A stretch of DNA of 64,000 nt, taken from the NCBI GenBank assembly GCA_965222605.1, contig OZ244960.1, positions 5,024,001 through 5,088,000 of the forward strand, read 5' to 3'. The DNA comes from Candidatus Latescibacterota bacterium. GTDB taxonomy: Bacteria > Latescibacterota > UBA2968. Position numbers and translations under genes: made by a program. Below, in pieces: positions 27,444-35,784 of the stretch (positions within the stretch are counted from its first letter, which is position 1; every line of letters begins with the position of its first letter). A model generated the notes under the pieces. It had not been told where the DNA came from and ran no database searches. It saw only the letters and a program-made list of their open reading frames with translations.

Positions 27444-27592
27444 ATCCCGTATCCAGCTATCGCAAAACCAAAAGTAATATTTCTTGCAAGGGGTCACAAC
27501 CGAAACCTTGCAGCAAAGGCCGTCTTTTTATATCTTTATCTAAATCCGAATCCCCCAGGGGGTTTGCTCCCCCACAACAGGAGCTGACTGTT

Positions 27593-28642
27593 ATGGCACT
27601 GACTGCTACTACTTTGGAAGAGACCTATCGACAGATGGCCGAGCGATTAGAGGGCATTGTGCCCGATATCGAATTGCGCTACAAAGCCGAATTGGCCTAC
27701 GAAATCAACAAGCTTAAAAAAGAGCGCGGGGCGATTATCCTCGGGCATAACTACATGGAGCCGGCGCTTTATCACTCGGTGCCAGATGTCGTGGGCGATT
27801 CGCTCGAATTATCGCGTAAAGCCGCAGAAACCGACGCCGATCCCATTGTTTTTTGCGGCGTCCGCTTTATGGCCGAGACCGCAAAAATCCTCAATCCCGA
27901 TAAAACTGTGCTCTTGCCCGCGCGCGTTGCGGGCTGTTCTCTGGCCGCGAGCATTACCGCGGAAGATGTTCGCAATCTGCGCGAACAATATCCAGGCGTT
28001 CCCATTGTCACGTATATCAACACCTATGCCGATGTCAAAGCCGAGTGCGATATTTGCTGCACATCGGGCAATGCCCACAAGGTCGTCGAATCGCTCAATT
28101 CTGACACTATTATCTTTTTGCCCGACGAATACTTAGCCGCCAATGTGGCGCAAGAGACCGACAAACGCATTATCTTTCCCACCATAACGGGCTTTTCCGA
28201 TCCGAAACCCGGTCTTGAATACGAAATGATCGGCTGGCATGGTCGGTGTGAAGTACACGAGCAATTTACAGTTCAGGATATTGAAAATGTGCGCGTGCAG
28301 TTTCCAGATGTCGTTGTTCTTTCCCACCCGGAATGCAGTCCAGAAGTAGTCGCTGCGTCTGATTTTTCGGGCAGTACTTCTCGCATGGTTGATTATGTTC
28401 GCGATATGGATGCAGAGCGGTATTTGCTGCTCACAGAATGCAGCATGGGCGACAATATCGCCGCGGAAAACCCGGATAAAGAAATGGTTGGTCTGTGCAG
28501 CATTCGCTGTCCACATATGAACGAAATTACACTTGAAGACACGCTCAATGCCCTTGAGTTTAACGAGCAAATCATCGAAGTGCCCGAAGACATCCGCGTG
28601 CGCGCATTAAAAGCTGTGAAACGCATGCTGGAGATTGTATGA
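27593..28642 (+). CDS. nadA: Quinolinate synthase
   Basis: GHNY, GDSLEL, FCGVRFMAETAK, GCSLA, YINT, CTS, CEVH, HPEC, CPHM; GGAG SD. Confidence 0.96.
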   Translation: MALTATTLEETYRQMAERLEGIVPDIELRYKAELAYEINKLKKERGAIILGHNYMEPALYHSVPDVVGDSLELSRKAAETDADPIVFCGVRFMAETAKILNPDKTVLLPARVAGCSLAASITAEDVRNLREQYPGVPIVTYINTYADVKAECDICCTSGNAHKVVESLNSDTIIFLPDEYLAANVAQETDKRIIFPTITGFSDPKPGLEYEMIGWHGRCEVHEQFTVQDIENVRVQFPDVVVLSHPECSPEVVAASDFSGSTSRMVDYVRDMDAERYLLLTECSMGDNIAAENPDKEMVGLCSIRCPHMNEITLEDTLNALEFNEQIIEVPEDIRVRALKAVKRMLEIV

Positions 28643-28670
28643 TTGCTTAAAAAATGCAGTTACGCGATAC

Positions 28671-28700
28671 CAAAGGCCCGATACTTTCCGGGCCTTTTTG
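28671..28700. terminator. Rho-independent terminator after nadA
   Basis: AAAGGCCCG..CGGGCCTTTTT. Confidence 0.7.
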
Positions 28701-28741
28701 CGTTTTGATATAAACCTGTGTGTTTTTGGTCAATGCTCACC

Positions 28742-30073
28742 TCACTCACCATCGTAAACTTCTGTTTGGAACAGGTTATTTTGAAAATCGAGGTACTGAT
28801 CTTTTGTCATCTCTGGCTTGTAATTGGCAAGTACGGATTTTGCCTCTGCTGCGTGGTCGTAAAGCAGATCCACTGCCATCAGGGCAAGGGATTTTGCCGG
28901 CTCTACATATCCCATCTCTTTATCGGAAATATGCCACTCGACGCTGTGTCCTGGTCCTGTAGCGCCCGACATATAGGGATGAATCGCGGGCATAATGCAG
29001 GATATATCGCCCATATCTGTTGATCCCGTTCTGTGGCCGACTGCACAAAATTCATCTTCTCCCAGACGCGCTCTGGCATTTTTTTCATAGAGTGCCTGCA
29101 AATCCGCATTGTTTTTTAATGGCATATATCCCGGTAGCGTTTCTATTTCTACTGTTGCGCCAAGTGCTATTGCGCCGGCTCGAAGTGCGCGATCTACTTT
29201 CATACTGGCATCGAGAATCGCTTCTGCTGTGCGCCCCCGAACATAAGTTTCCATACAAACTTCGTCGGGTATGACATTGACCAACTCTCCGCCTTTGGTG
29301 ATGATGGGGTGCACCCGAACTGCATCGTGATCTTGGAATGTTTCGCGCTGTGCATTGATGGCATTCAGAGCAATTTGAGCGGCATTTAGAGCATTAACGC
29401 CCCGGTGTGGTGCGCCTCCCGCGTGTGCGGCTTTTCCCACAAACCGAATCATTTTTGCCACAAATCCATTAGATGAGGCGGAAACCGCGGCTTTGGTCAA
29501 TGATTCATCGCTATGTGTATGAATCATAACCGCCATATCGATATCGTCAAAATGTCCGTGCTTGATCAATTCGGGCTTGCCACCCAAAAAGCTCAGTTTA
29601 CCAGATTTTACCAGATTCAGACGGTATTCAACCTCTACAAATTCCTCTGCGGGTACGGCAAAAAAGACGACTCTTCCCGCCAAATCGTCAATTGCGCGCG
29701 CATCCACCATGCCCATCATTGCTCCCATCAATCCCGCGATCTGTGCATTGTGACCACATGCATGTGCGGCGCCCGTATCGGTATTGGCATTGGGATGGCC
29801 GGAGACCACGAGCGAGTCGAGTTCGCCAATCAGTGCAACAGTTGGCCCAGGCTTGCTTCCATGCAATACGCCCTTTACACCTGTAAGCGCCAACTCGGTT
29901 TCACACGGCACGCCAAACTCGTCCATTGTTTGCGATACCAGCCTGGCTGTCTCAAATTCCTTAAATCCCAATTCGGGATTCACCATAATGTGATCGCCAA
30001 TGCGACAAATCTGATCTCGACGTCGATCAATGGCTTCACAAACGCGCTTCTTGAGATCGTCTTTTGTAGGCAT
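28742..30073 (-). CDS. M20 family amidohydrolase
   Basis: NPELGFKE, GELD, HACGHN, PAEE, GKAAHAG, GSTDMG. Confidence 0.9.
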   Translation of the reverse strand: MPTKDDLKKRVCEAIDRRRDQICRIGDHIMVNPELGFKEFETARLVSQTMDEFGVPCETELALTGVKGVLHGSKPGPTVALIGELDSLVVSGHPNANTDTGAAHACGHNAQIAGLMGAMMGMVDARAIDDLAGRVVFFAVPAEEFVEVEYRLNLVKSGKLSFLGGKPELIKHGHFDDIDMAVMIHTHSDESLTKAAVSASSNGFVAKMIRFVGKAAHAGGAPHRGVNALNAAQIALNAINAQRETFQDHDAVRVHPIITKGGELVNVIPDEVCMETYVRGRTAEAILDASMKVDRALRAGAIALGATVEIETLPGYMPLKNNADLQALYEKNARARLGEDEFCAVGHRTGSTDMGDISCIMPAIHPYMSGATGPGHSVEWHISDKEMGYVEPAKSLALMAVDLLYDHAAEAKSVLANYKPEMTKDQYLDFQNNLFQTEVYDGE

Positions 30074-30099
30074 ATTCTCCTCCGATTATTTCTTATTTT

Positions 30100-31143
30100 T
30101 TACCTGATTTTTAGTAATAATATCAGCAAAAGAGGCGTTACAATGGCCTGTAAAAGCGTAAATCTGACCAACACCTGTGTATTGGACCAGCCCCATTTTT
30201 GACGGACGTGATCGTGCAGGGGATAACGCACCTGTTTGAAAATGCCGATTTTAAAAAAGCGCAACAAGGCGACTTTCAGAAGACCTGTTGCGCCATTGAC
30301 CAGTACCACTCCAGCAACTACAATAATCAAAAACGGATTGCCACACGCCAGGACCAGCATGCCGAGTAATAAGCCCAGAGGGCGAGATCCGGCATCGCCC
30401 ATTAACACGGCACTTGGATTGGCATTGTGCCACAAATAGCCCACCAAACACCCCGTCATGACAAAAGCCATTACAGCCCAATTCGCGCCCTCTTTGTAGT
30501 GTGGCACAAGCAGGTATTGGGCGATATCCCGATGTCCCACAATGCCGTACAATGCACCACCCAAAAAAATAAATGCCAGCATGCACAAACTGCCCGATAG
30601 GCCATCAACGCCGTCTGTGCAATTTGTGGCGTTAATCGTCATCCACAACAAGCATGTAGCAATAGGGATATAAATCCAGGGCGGGACAATAACCGGTGTT
30701 TTAATGAGCGGCAACCACACTTCGACTGGTGCCATCTGGCACACCACGATAGCGCCTAAAATGGAGATGACCAGATCGAATAGCCCCATGCGGTATTCAC
30801 TCCAGTCACTGCGGTCATCGAGAAAACCCACCAGCATCGCTAAAAACAGGCACCCCAAAGCCGCCAGATATCGCCCTCCAAGCGGCACAAATAAAAACCC
30901 GACCACAATGAAAATGGAAATAAAAATAATACCTGCTCCCACGGGCTTGCCCTTATTTTGGGCGGCGCCAACAGCATGAGCTCGCCCCTGATCGCGCGGT
31001 AACCGGTGCCACAATTTGGGCAAAATTCTCCAGGTGAACACGCAGGCGAGCGCGGTACCTGCACCAACTAAAAATAGATGAGAAGTAAAGAGGCGAAATG
31101 GCCCATAAATGTCCAAAAGTTGCTCCCCCAGCCAGTAGAGCAC
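30100..31143 (-). CDS. mraY: Phospho-N-acetylmuramoyl-pentapeptide transferase (MraY-like), stand-alone
   Basis: Multi-TM; KGKP.G.G, GFLDD, NATNCTDGVDGL, LMGDAGS, PLHDH. Confidence 0.78.
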   Translation of the reverse strand: MLYWLGEQLLDIYGPFRLFTSHLFLVGAGTALACVFTWRILPKLWHRLPRDQGRAHAVGAAQNKGKPVGAGIIFISIFIVVGFLFVPLGGRYLAALGCLFLAMLVGFLDDRSDWSEYRMGLFDLVISILGAIVVCQMAPVEVWLPLIKTPVIVPPWIYIPIATCLLWMTINATNCTDGVDGLSGSLCMLAFIFLGGALYGIVGHRDIAQYLLVPHYKEGANWAVMAFVMTGCLVGYLWHNANPSAVLMGDAGSRPLGLLLGMLVLACGNPFLIIVVAGVVLVNGATGLLKVALLRFFKIGIFKQVRYPLHDHVRQKWGWSNTQVLVRFTLLQAIVTPLLLILLLKIR

Positions 31144-31282
31144 AGCACAATCTCCCGTGTGATATGATTTGAAAAACGAAACAAATCAGGACCAATGTAA
31201 GGTCTCTATCATTAAAGGGCAAGTCTGAACTCATAGCCAATCCCTTTGCGGGTGGTTGTTTACCCATTTTCAAAGAAAAACC

Positions 31283-31311
31283 TTGACGCGAAAACAGAGA
31301 CTTTCTATTTT
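31283..31311 (+). promoter_or_regulatory. Putative sigma70 promoter of the his leader
   Basis: TTGACG-N17-TATTTT ending 9 bp before ATG 31321. Confidence 0.55.
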
Positions 31312-31320
31312 GTAATCATT

Positions 31321-31470
31321 ATGGACGCATTGATCAAAAACCCGGTTATTTTTTCAAATCCAAACGCTGTTTTGGCCGGGGATGCGTTTGCCTATACTGC
31401 CCAGCATCATACCCATCATGCTACGTTTGCGACTTTTTGCATGATATGCTCGGCGGCGGATATGTCATAA
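31321..31470 (+). CDS. Putative His attenuator leader peptide (49 aa, HHTHH)
   Basis: MDALIK...AQHHTHHATF...DMS*; four CAT codons at 31405-31419; followed by a terminator and hisI. Confidence 0.65.
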   Translation: MDALIKNPVIFSNPNAVLAGDAFAYTAQHHTHHATFATFCMICSAADMS

Positions 31471-31490
31471 CAGTTTGTCCAATAAAATGA

Positions 31491-31527
31491 AAAAGCCCGC
31501 TGTCGAGAGACAGTGGGCTTTTTTTTT
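31491..31527 (+). terminator. Attenuator terminator upstream of hisI
   Basis: AAAAGCCCGCTGTC-GAGA-GACAGTGGGC followed by T9. Confidence 0.85.
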
Positions 31528-31622
31528 AGGGAGAGTTAAAATGGCACACAATAACGATGCTTTATGTCGCGATTATTGAAAAAATTTGAAGGCTATTTGC
31601 CTTACTCTAAAAGGAAATTGCT

Positions 31623-32045
31623 ATGGATCATACACTTGAAGAAGGCACAGAAATTCATCTCGATTTTGAAAAGCTCCGCAAGATTGCACAGACCGATCAT
31701 CCCGTCATTCCCGTTGCTGTGCAGGATGTGGATAGCAAAGCCGTTCTCTTGATTGGCTATGTCAATGAACTGGCGCTCGAATATGCACTTGAACACCGCG
31801 TGGCAACTTTCTGGAGTACATCGCGCAATGAACTCTGGATCAAAGGAGCCACTTCTGGCGATATGCTCGAATTGGTCGATGTGCGCGTCAACTGCGAGCA
31901 AAATTCACTGCTTTATCTGGTGCGACTCAAAGGCGATGGATCGTGCCATACCAGAGAAAATGATCGAGCGCGGTACGGCTGTTATTACCGCAGTATCGAT
32001 AATGGAAAATTGACATTTGTAGATCCCAAAATCTTACCGGAGTAA
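31623..32045 (+). CDS. hisI: Phosphoribosyl-AMP cyclohydrolase
   Basis: IPVAVQD, FWSTSRNELWIKGATSG, NCEQNSLL, SCHT..CYYR. Confidence 0.9.
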   Translation: MDHTLEEGTEIHLDFEKLRKIAQTDHPVIPVAVQDVDSKAVLLIGYVNELALEYALEHRVATFWSTSRNELWIKGATSGDMLELVDVRVNCEQNSLLYLVRLKGDGSCHTRENDRARYGCYYRSIDNGKLTFVDPKILPE

Positions 32046-32055
32046 TTATTGAGTT

Positions 32056-32556
32056 ATGCCCTCACAGGTCGTAAATCGAATCCGCGCAGATCAATGGCAG
32101 ATACTTAAAGATGTGCGTCTGCGCGCACTTGAAGAAGCCCCTTATGCATTTGGCACAACGGTGGCGGAAGGCCAAAAAAGGACTGACAGAGACTGGCAGG
32201 ACATGGCGAGAGACCATGCGACTCTGTCGGATCGCGCCTATTTCATGGCTTATGTGGAGGATAATCCCTGTGGGATGGCGGGGTGTTATCGCAGAACATC
32301 AGACATAGTAATGCTCACCGCGATGTGGGTCGCGCCCGAAGTACGAGGACAAAAGATCGGTGAGCAGGTTGTTCGCGCCGTCATAGAATGGGCACGAGAG
32401 GGTGGGGCCACCACGCTTGAAGCCTGGGTTAGTGAAAATAATCCAGCGCGTATTTTCTATAAAAAAGTTGGATTTGAAGAGACCAGTACAACCGAACCAC
32501 TTCGCTCAGATTCCAAAATTCAGATGATTTTGATCAGGCGCGATATTGCACCCTGA
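32056..32556 (+). CDS. GNAT family N-acetyltransferase
   Basis: RLRALEEAP.AFG, MWVAPEVRGQKIG, NNPARIFYKKVGF. Confidence 0.88.
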   Translation: MPSQVVNRIRADQWQILKDVRLRALEEAPYAFGTTVAEGQKRTDRDWQDMARDHATLSDRAYFMAYVEDNPCGMAGCYRRTSDIVMLTAMWVAPEVRGQKIGEQVVRAVIEWAREGGATTLEAWVSENNPARIFYKKVGFEETSTTEPLRSDSKIQMILIRRDIAP

Positions 32557-32564
32557 AATCTGGG

Positions 32565-32593
32565 TTGATTCACAATCCACTCAACGGTATATT
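32565..32593 (+). promoter_or_regulatory. Putative sigma70 promoter for prs
   Basis: TTGATT-N17-TATATT. Confidence 0.5.
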
Positions 32594-32671
32594 GCTCACA
32601 GGGAGTGATGTAAATTGCAACGGCAGTTCACTCGGACAAATCAGAGCACTCGACGACAGGAGGGAGAAAAC

Positions 32672-33646
32672 GTGGGTTACGATCTCAAAGTTTTTTCGGG
32701 CAATACCAATCGGCCATTGGCCGAAGACATTTGCAACATTCTCGACACGCAGCTCGCCGAAGCTACTGTGACCCGTTTTTCCGGTGGCGAAATACATGTG
32801 CAAATCGATGAAAACGTGCGCGGTTGCGATGTTTTTATTGTTCAACCTCTTTGTGAAAATGAAGAAAAAGGCATATCGCCCAATGACGCCTTGATGGAAC
32901 TTCTCATCTTGATCGATGCAGCGCGACGAGCCTCTGCCCGACGCATTACAGCGGTTGTGCCCTATTATGGCTATGCGCGACAGGATCGCAAAGACCGCCC
33001 CCGCGTGCCCATCACTGCTAAACTGGTCGCCAACATGATTTATACTGCTGGGGCGCGGCGGGTTTTAACTCTGGACCTGCACGCCAATCAGATCCAAGGT
33101 TTTTTTGATATACCCGTTGACCACCTCTACTCCATTAATATTTTAGGCGAATACTTCAGGCTGAAAAACCTCAAAAATCTCGTTGTTATGGCACCCGATG
33201 TCGGCGGTATAAAAATGGCACGCGCTTATGCCGAACTGCTCGGTGCGCCATTGGCTATTGTAGATAAACGCCGCTGGAGCGGTCAAAAGACCGAAGTTCT
33301 GAATGTTATTGGCGAAGTCAAAGACAAAAACATCGTCATTGTTGACGATATTATCTCTACGGGTAGTTCCCTCATCGAAGCTGCCTCTGCACTCAAAGAC
33401 AAAGGCGCGCGCGATATATGCGCCATCATCGTCCACCCGGTGTTGGCAGATCCCGCTGTTGAGCGCGTGGAAAATTCCATTCTTACAGAGCTGGTCGTTT
33501 CCAATTCCATTCCCGTGCCCAAACACGCCCAAAATGGCAAAATCAAAATTCTCTCAGTCGCTCCAATTCTCGCCGAATCCATCCGCCGCATCAACAACGA
33601 TGAATCCGTCAGCAATCTCTTTGCCAATGCGAAGGTCGAAGGGTAG
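32672..33646 (+). CDS. prs: Ribose-phosphate pyrophosphokinase
   Basis: FSGGEI.V.I.ENVRG, PYYGYARQDRK, DLHA.QIQGFF, PDVGG, VDDIISTG; GTG start after AGGAGG. Confidence 0.97.
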   Translation: MGYDLKVFSGNTNRPLAEDICNILDTQLAEATVTRFSGGEIHVQIDENVRGCDVFIVQPLCENEEKGISPNDALMELLILIDAARRASARRITAVVPYYGYARQDRKDRPRVPITAKLVANMIYTAGARRVLTLDLHANQIQGFFDIPVDHLYSINILGEYFRLKNLKNLVVMAPDVGGIKMARAYAELLGAPLAIVDKRRWSGQKTEVLNVIGEVKDKNIVIVDDIISTGSSLIEAASALKDKGARDICAIIVHPVLADPAVERVENSILTELVVSNSIPVPKHAQNGKIKILSVAPILAESIRRINNDESVSNLFANAKVEG

Positions 33647-33677
33647 AATGCATGAGACGTAAAAGGATATGATTTAT

Positions 33678-33722
33678 AAAAATAAAAAACCGACCTGATG
33701 ATGAGGTCGGTTTTTTATTTTT
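33678..33722. terminator. Bidirectional Rho-independent terminator
   Basis: AAAAATAAAAAACCGACCT..AGGTCGGTTTTTTATTTTT inverted repeat between convergent genes. Confidence 0.85.
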
Positions 33723-33757
33723 CGCCGCGTTATAGCCAGCACTGGAGATAGCGAGAT

Positions 33758-34294
33758 TCATGGTTTACCGAGGTTAAAACCAATCCCCACGGCTGTACGC
33801 AGGGCACTTGCGTCTTCTTCCTCGCCAATAACCCAACGAACCTCAAACAAAATCTCCACCTTGCCCTTCAACAAGTGTTTTTCCATGCCTACCAAAATAA
33901 AGTGAAACGCGGCCTGGTATTCGTTTTGAAATTCGTTGATGATCAACCGCTCGCGCCGCACCCGGTTCACCCCCAATCCACCGCCCATATACGCAAACGC
34001 AGTCCCCGATTTATGCGGCCACAAGTACTTGAGAAAAGCCCCACCACCTCTCGCCTGAATCTCGGTACCGTCAAGATCGGATCCGCTGCCTGTCTCAGCA
34101 CCTATCTCGAGGCGAAGGTTGGGGATAAATACGGTTGCAATATCTGCTTGAAGCACAAAGAAATGCCGCGTGTCGTTTGCCTGTACAACGTCTAAACCAA
34201 CTTTGGTTGCAAGATTGTAGAGCTTAAAACCGGCCTGGGCACTCGATGCAAAAAAAATTAGGACCAAAAGTCCGACACCAGCAAAAACCCTCAT
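33758..34294 (-). CDS. Putative outer-membrane beta-barrel protein
   Basis: Signal peptide ending AQA; strands such as AYMGGGLG and VGIGFNL; GAGGAG SD. Confidence 0.6.
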   Translation of the reverse strand: MRVFAGVGLLVLIFFASSAQAGFKLYNLATKVGLDVVQANDTRHFFVLQADIATVFIPNLRLEIGAETGSGSDLDGTEIQARGGGAFLKYLWPHKSGTAFAYMGGGLGVNRVRRERLIINEFQNEYQAAFHFILVGMEKHLLKGKVEILFEVRWVIGEEEDASALRTAVGIGFNLGKP

Positions 34295-34338
34295 AATAAA
34301 CTCCTCACAGCATTTTTTGGCAGTGCCGGATAAATTTT

Positions 34339-34656
34339 CTATCTACGCGACGCCAGTGCTAATTGTTTGAGATATGAATAGGTATAAATTCCCGTATCGT
34401 GTCCATCTGTCCACCGAATTTGGATGGCATAATTTCCAACTGGAATGACATCCGACAGATCTATTGACGGTGTTTGTTCCACAGTAATCATCTGCAATTG
34501 CTTGTCTTGCTTTGCCCGCACGTCTTCACACAACGCACACGGGCAGGCTTTTCGCACGTCGGGCAATCTCACGCGCAAAACGCCATCGTCTGGCCAATCC
34601 ATTTCGAGCCATCCCTCTGCGCGGTCAACGCGAATACGTTTGGGTTTTTCCGCCAC
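34339..34656 (-). CDS. DUF971 / GBBH-like N-terminal domain protein
   Basis: W.D, R.ACPCALC, PVGNYAIQI.W.DGHDTGIYTY.YL. Confidence 0.88.
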   Translation of the reverse strand: MAEKPKRIRVDRAEGWLEMDWPDDGVLRVRLPDVRKACPCALCEDVRAKQDKQLQMITVEQTPSIDLSDVIPVGNYAIQIRWTDGHDTGIYTYSYLKQLALASRR

Positions 34657-34666
34657 GACATGCCCC

Positions 34667-35329
34667 CTAACGCCTCAAGCGATGCCTCAATCTCAATTCT
34701 TGAAGCAAAATACCGTATTGCTCGCGCAGATCGTTTTGCAGAGCAAAGGCTCGGTTATAGGCGATTGCTGCATCTTCAAAAAACCCTTGAGCAGTCAAGG
34801 CACGTCCCATCAAAATATAATTGAGCGCGTAATGGGGCCTGCGTTCTGTGGTCTCACTGGCCATGTCAAGTGCCTGCTCTAATCGTCCTGTTTTCAGGTA
34901 AATCCAGCCCAAACCCTGATAGGCTGCGATGACATCGGGATTCAAGGCAAGTCCCTGCTGGTAATATTGCTCTGCCAAAATCATATCGCCTATCCGCTGA
35001 TATAAATATCCAAGCGCGACCAAAACGCCTGCATCGGTTGAGTCGTGGACGGTCAACTGTTGGCAGGCGTTAATTGCGCGATCAAAGTCTGCCATTCGCA
35101 AATAAGACGATATGAGGAGCCGCAATGCTTGTGTGTGCGCGGGGTTTTTCTCCAAAATATCGCGCAACGCGACAGCAGCAGCACCTGGATTGCCAGTTTC
35201 CAGCGAATCGACAACACTTTTTAATGCGGGGTCGAGAACGATCGGATTACTGCTTTCAAAAATCTCTTGAGCATTGGAAATCTCTGCACCCAAAAACACA
35301 GCGATGATTATTCCCAGTCGCAATATCAT
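34667..35329 (-). CDS. Secreted tetratricopeptide repeat protein
   Basis: Signal peptide; TPR patterns (LGYLY..G...AE.YY..GL.LNP, AYQGLGWIY..G). Confidence 0.8.
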   Translation of the reverse strand: MILRLGIIIAVFLGAEISNAQEIFESSNPIVLDPALKSVVDSLETGNPGAAAVALRDILEKNPAHTQALRLLISSYLRMADFDRAINACQQLTVHDSTDAGVLVALGYLYQRIGDMILAEQYYQQGLALNPDVIAAYQGLGWIYLKTGRLEQALDMASETTERRPHYALNYILMGRALTAQGFFEDAAIAYNRAFALQNDLREQYGILLQELRLRHRLRR

Positions 35330-35389
35330 ATACTTTTCCTGACAATGCCAAAAAATCACGCAACGCTTTAGATATGCCAACTCAGCAGG

Positions 35390-35448
35390 GTCGGGAAAAG
35401 GATTTCCCTCCTACGATACACTTGTTGGAGCGGCATCCTTGCCGCGAT
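35390..35448. repeat. Inverted pair of REP-like palindromes
   Basis: GTCGGGAAAAGGATTTCCCTCCTAC (35390-35414) and GTTGGAGCGGCATCCTTGCCGCGAT (35424-35448), back to back. Confidence 0.65.
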
Positions 35449-35454
35449 TCCCCT

Positions 35455-35754
35455 CTATAGATACAAAGGACGTCCGGTATAAGTCCATTGACCAGATGCC
35501 TTCGACAAATTCAGTCGAGCCGTCGCAGTTGCATCCCACATAAAGGGATCGATTATGGGATACTCAGTAGGGGCGTGTGGCAAAATATTTTTTATATGAT
35601 GTAATCGCTGGCTTTGGCGTATAGAAAGGCCCGGCTCGTAAATTTCAATGGCCGGGCGATTGCACCACATCACAAGAACAAGGTCCGGATCGATCTCTAT
35701 TCGCTGACAAATCAATTTGAGGATCAAATAAGCACCTGCCATAAATTTGGTCAT
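35455..35754 (-). CDS. Hypothetical protein
   Basis: 99-aa ORF with AAGGA SD filling the gap in a same-strand run; no motif recognised. Confidence 0.4.
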   Translation of the reverse strand: MTKFMAGAYLILKLICQRIEIDPDLVLVMWCNRPAIEIYEPGLSIRQSQRLHHIKNILPHAPTEYPIIDPFMWDATATARLNLSKASGQWTYTGRPLYL

Positions 35755-35784
35755 AGAGTCCTTTTCTATTTTTTGCTTTGATCA

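Noticed and set aside
27302-27592. N-terminal extension of NadA given in the ORF track
   Set aside because: Overlaps the divergent manC-like gene; a GGAG SD supports ATG 27593
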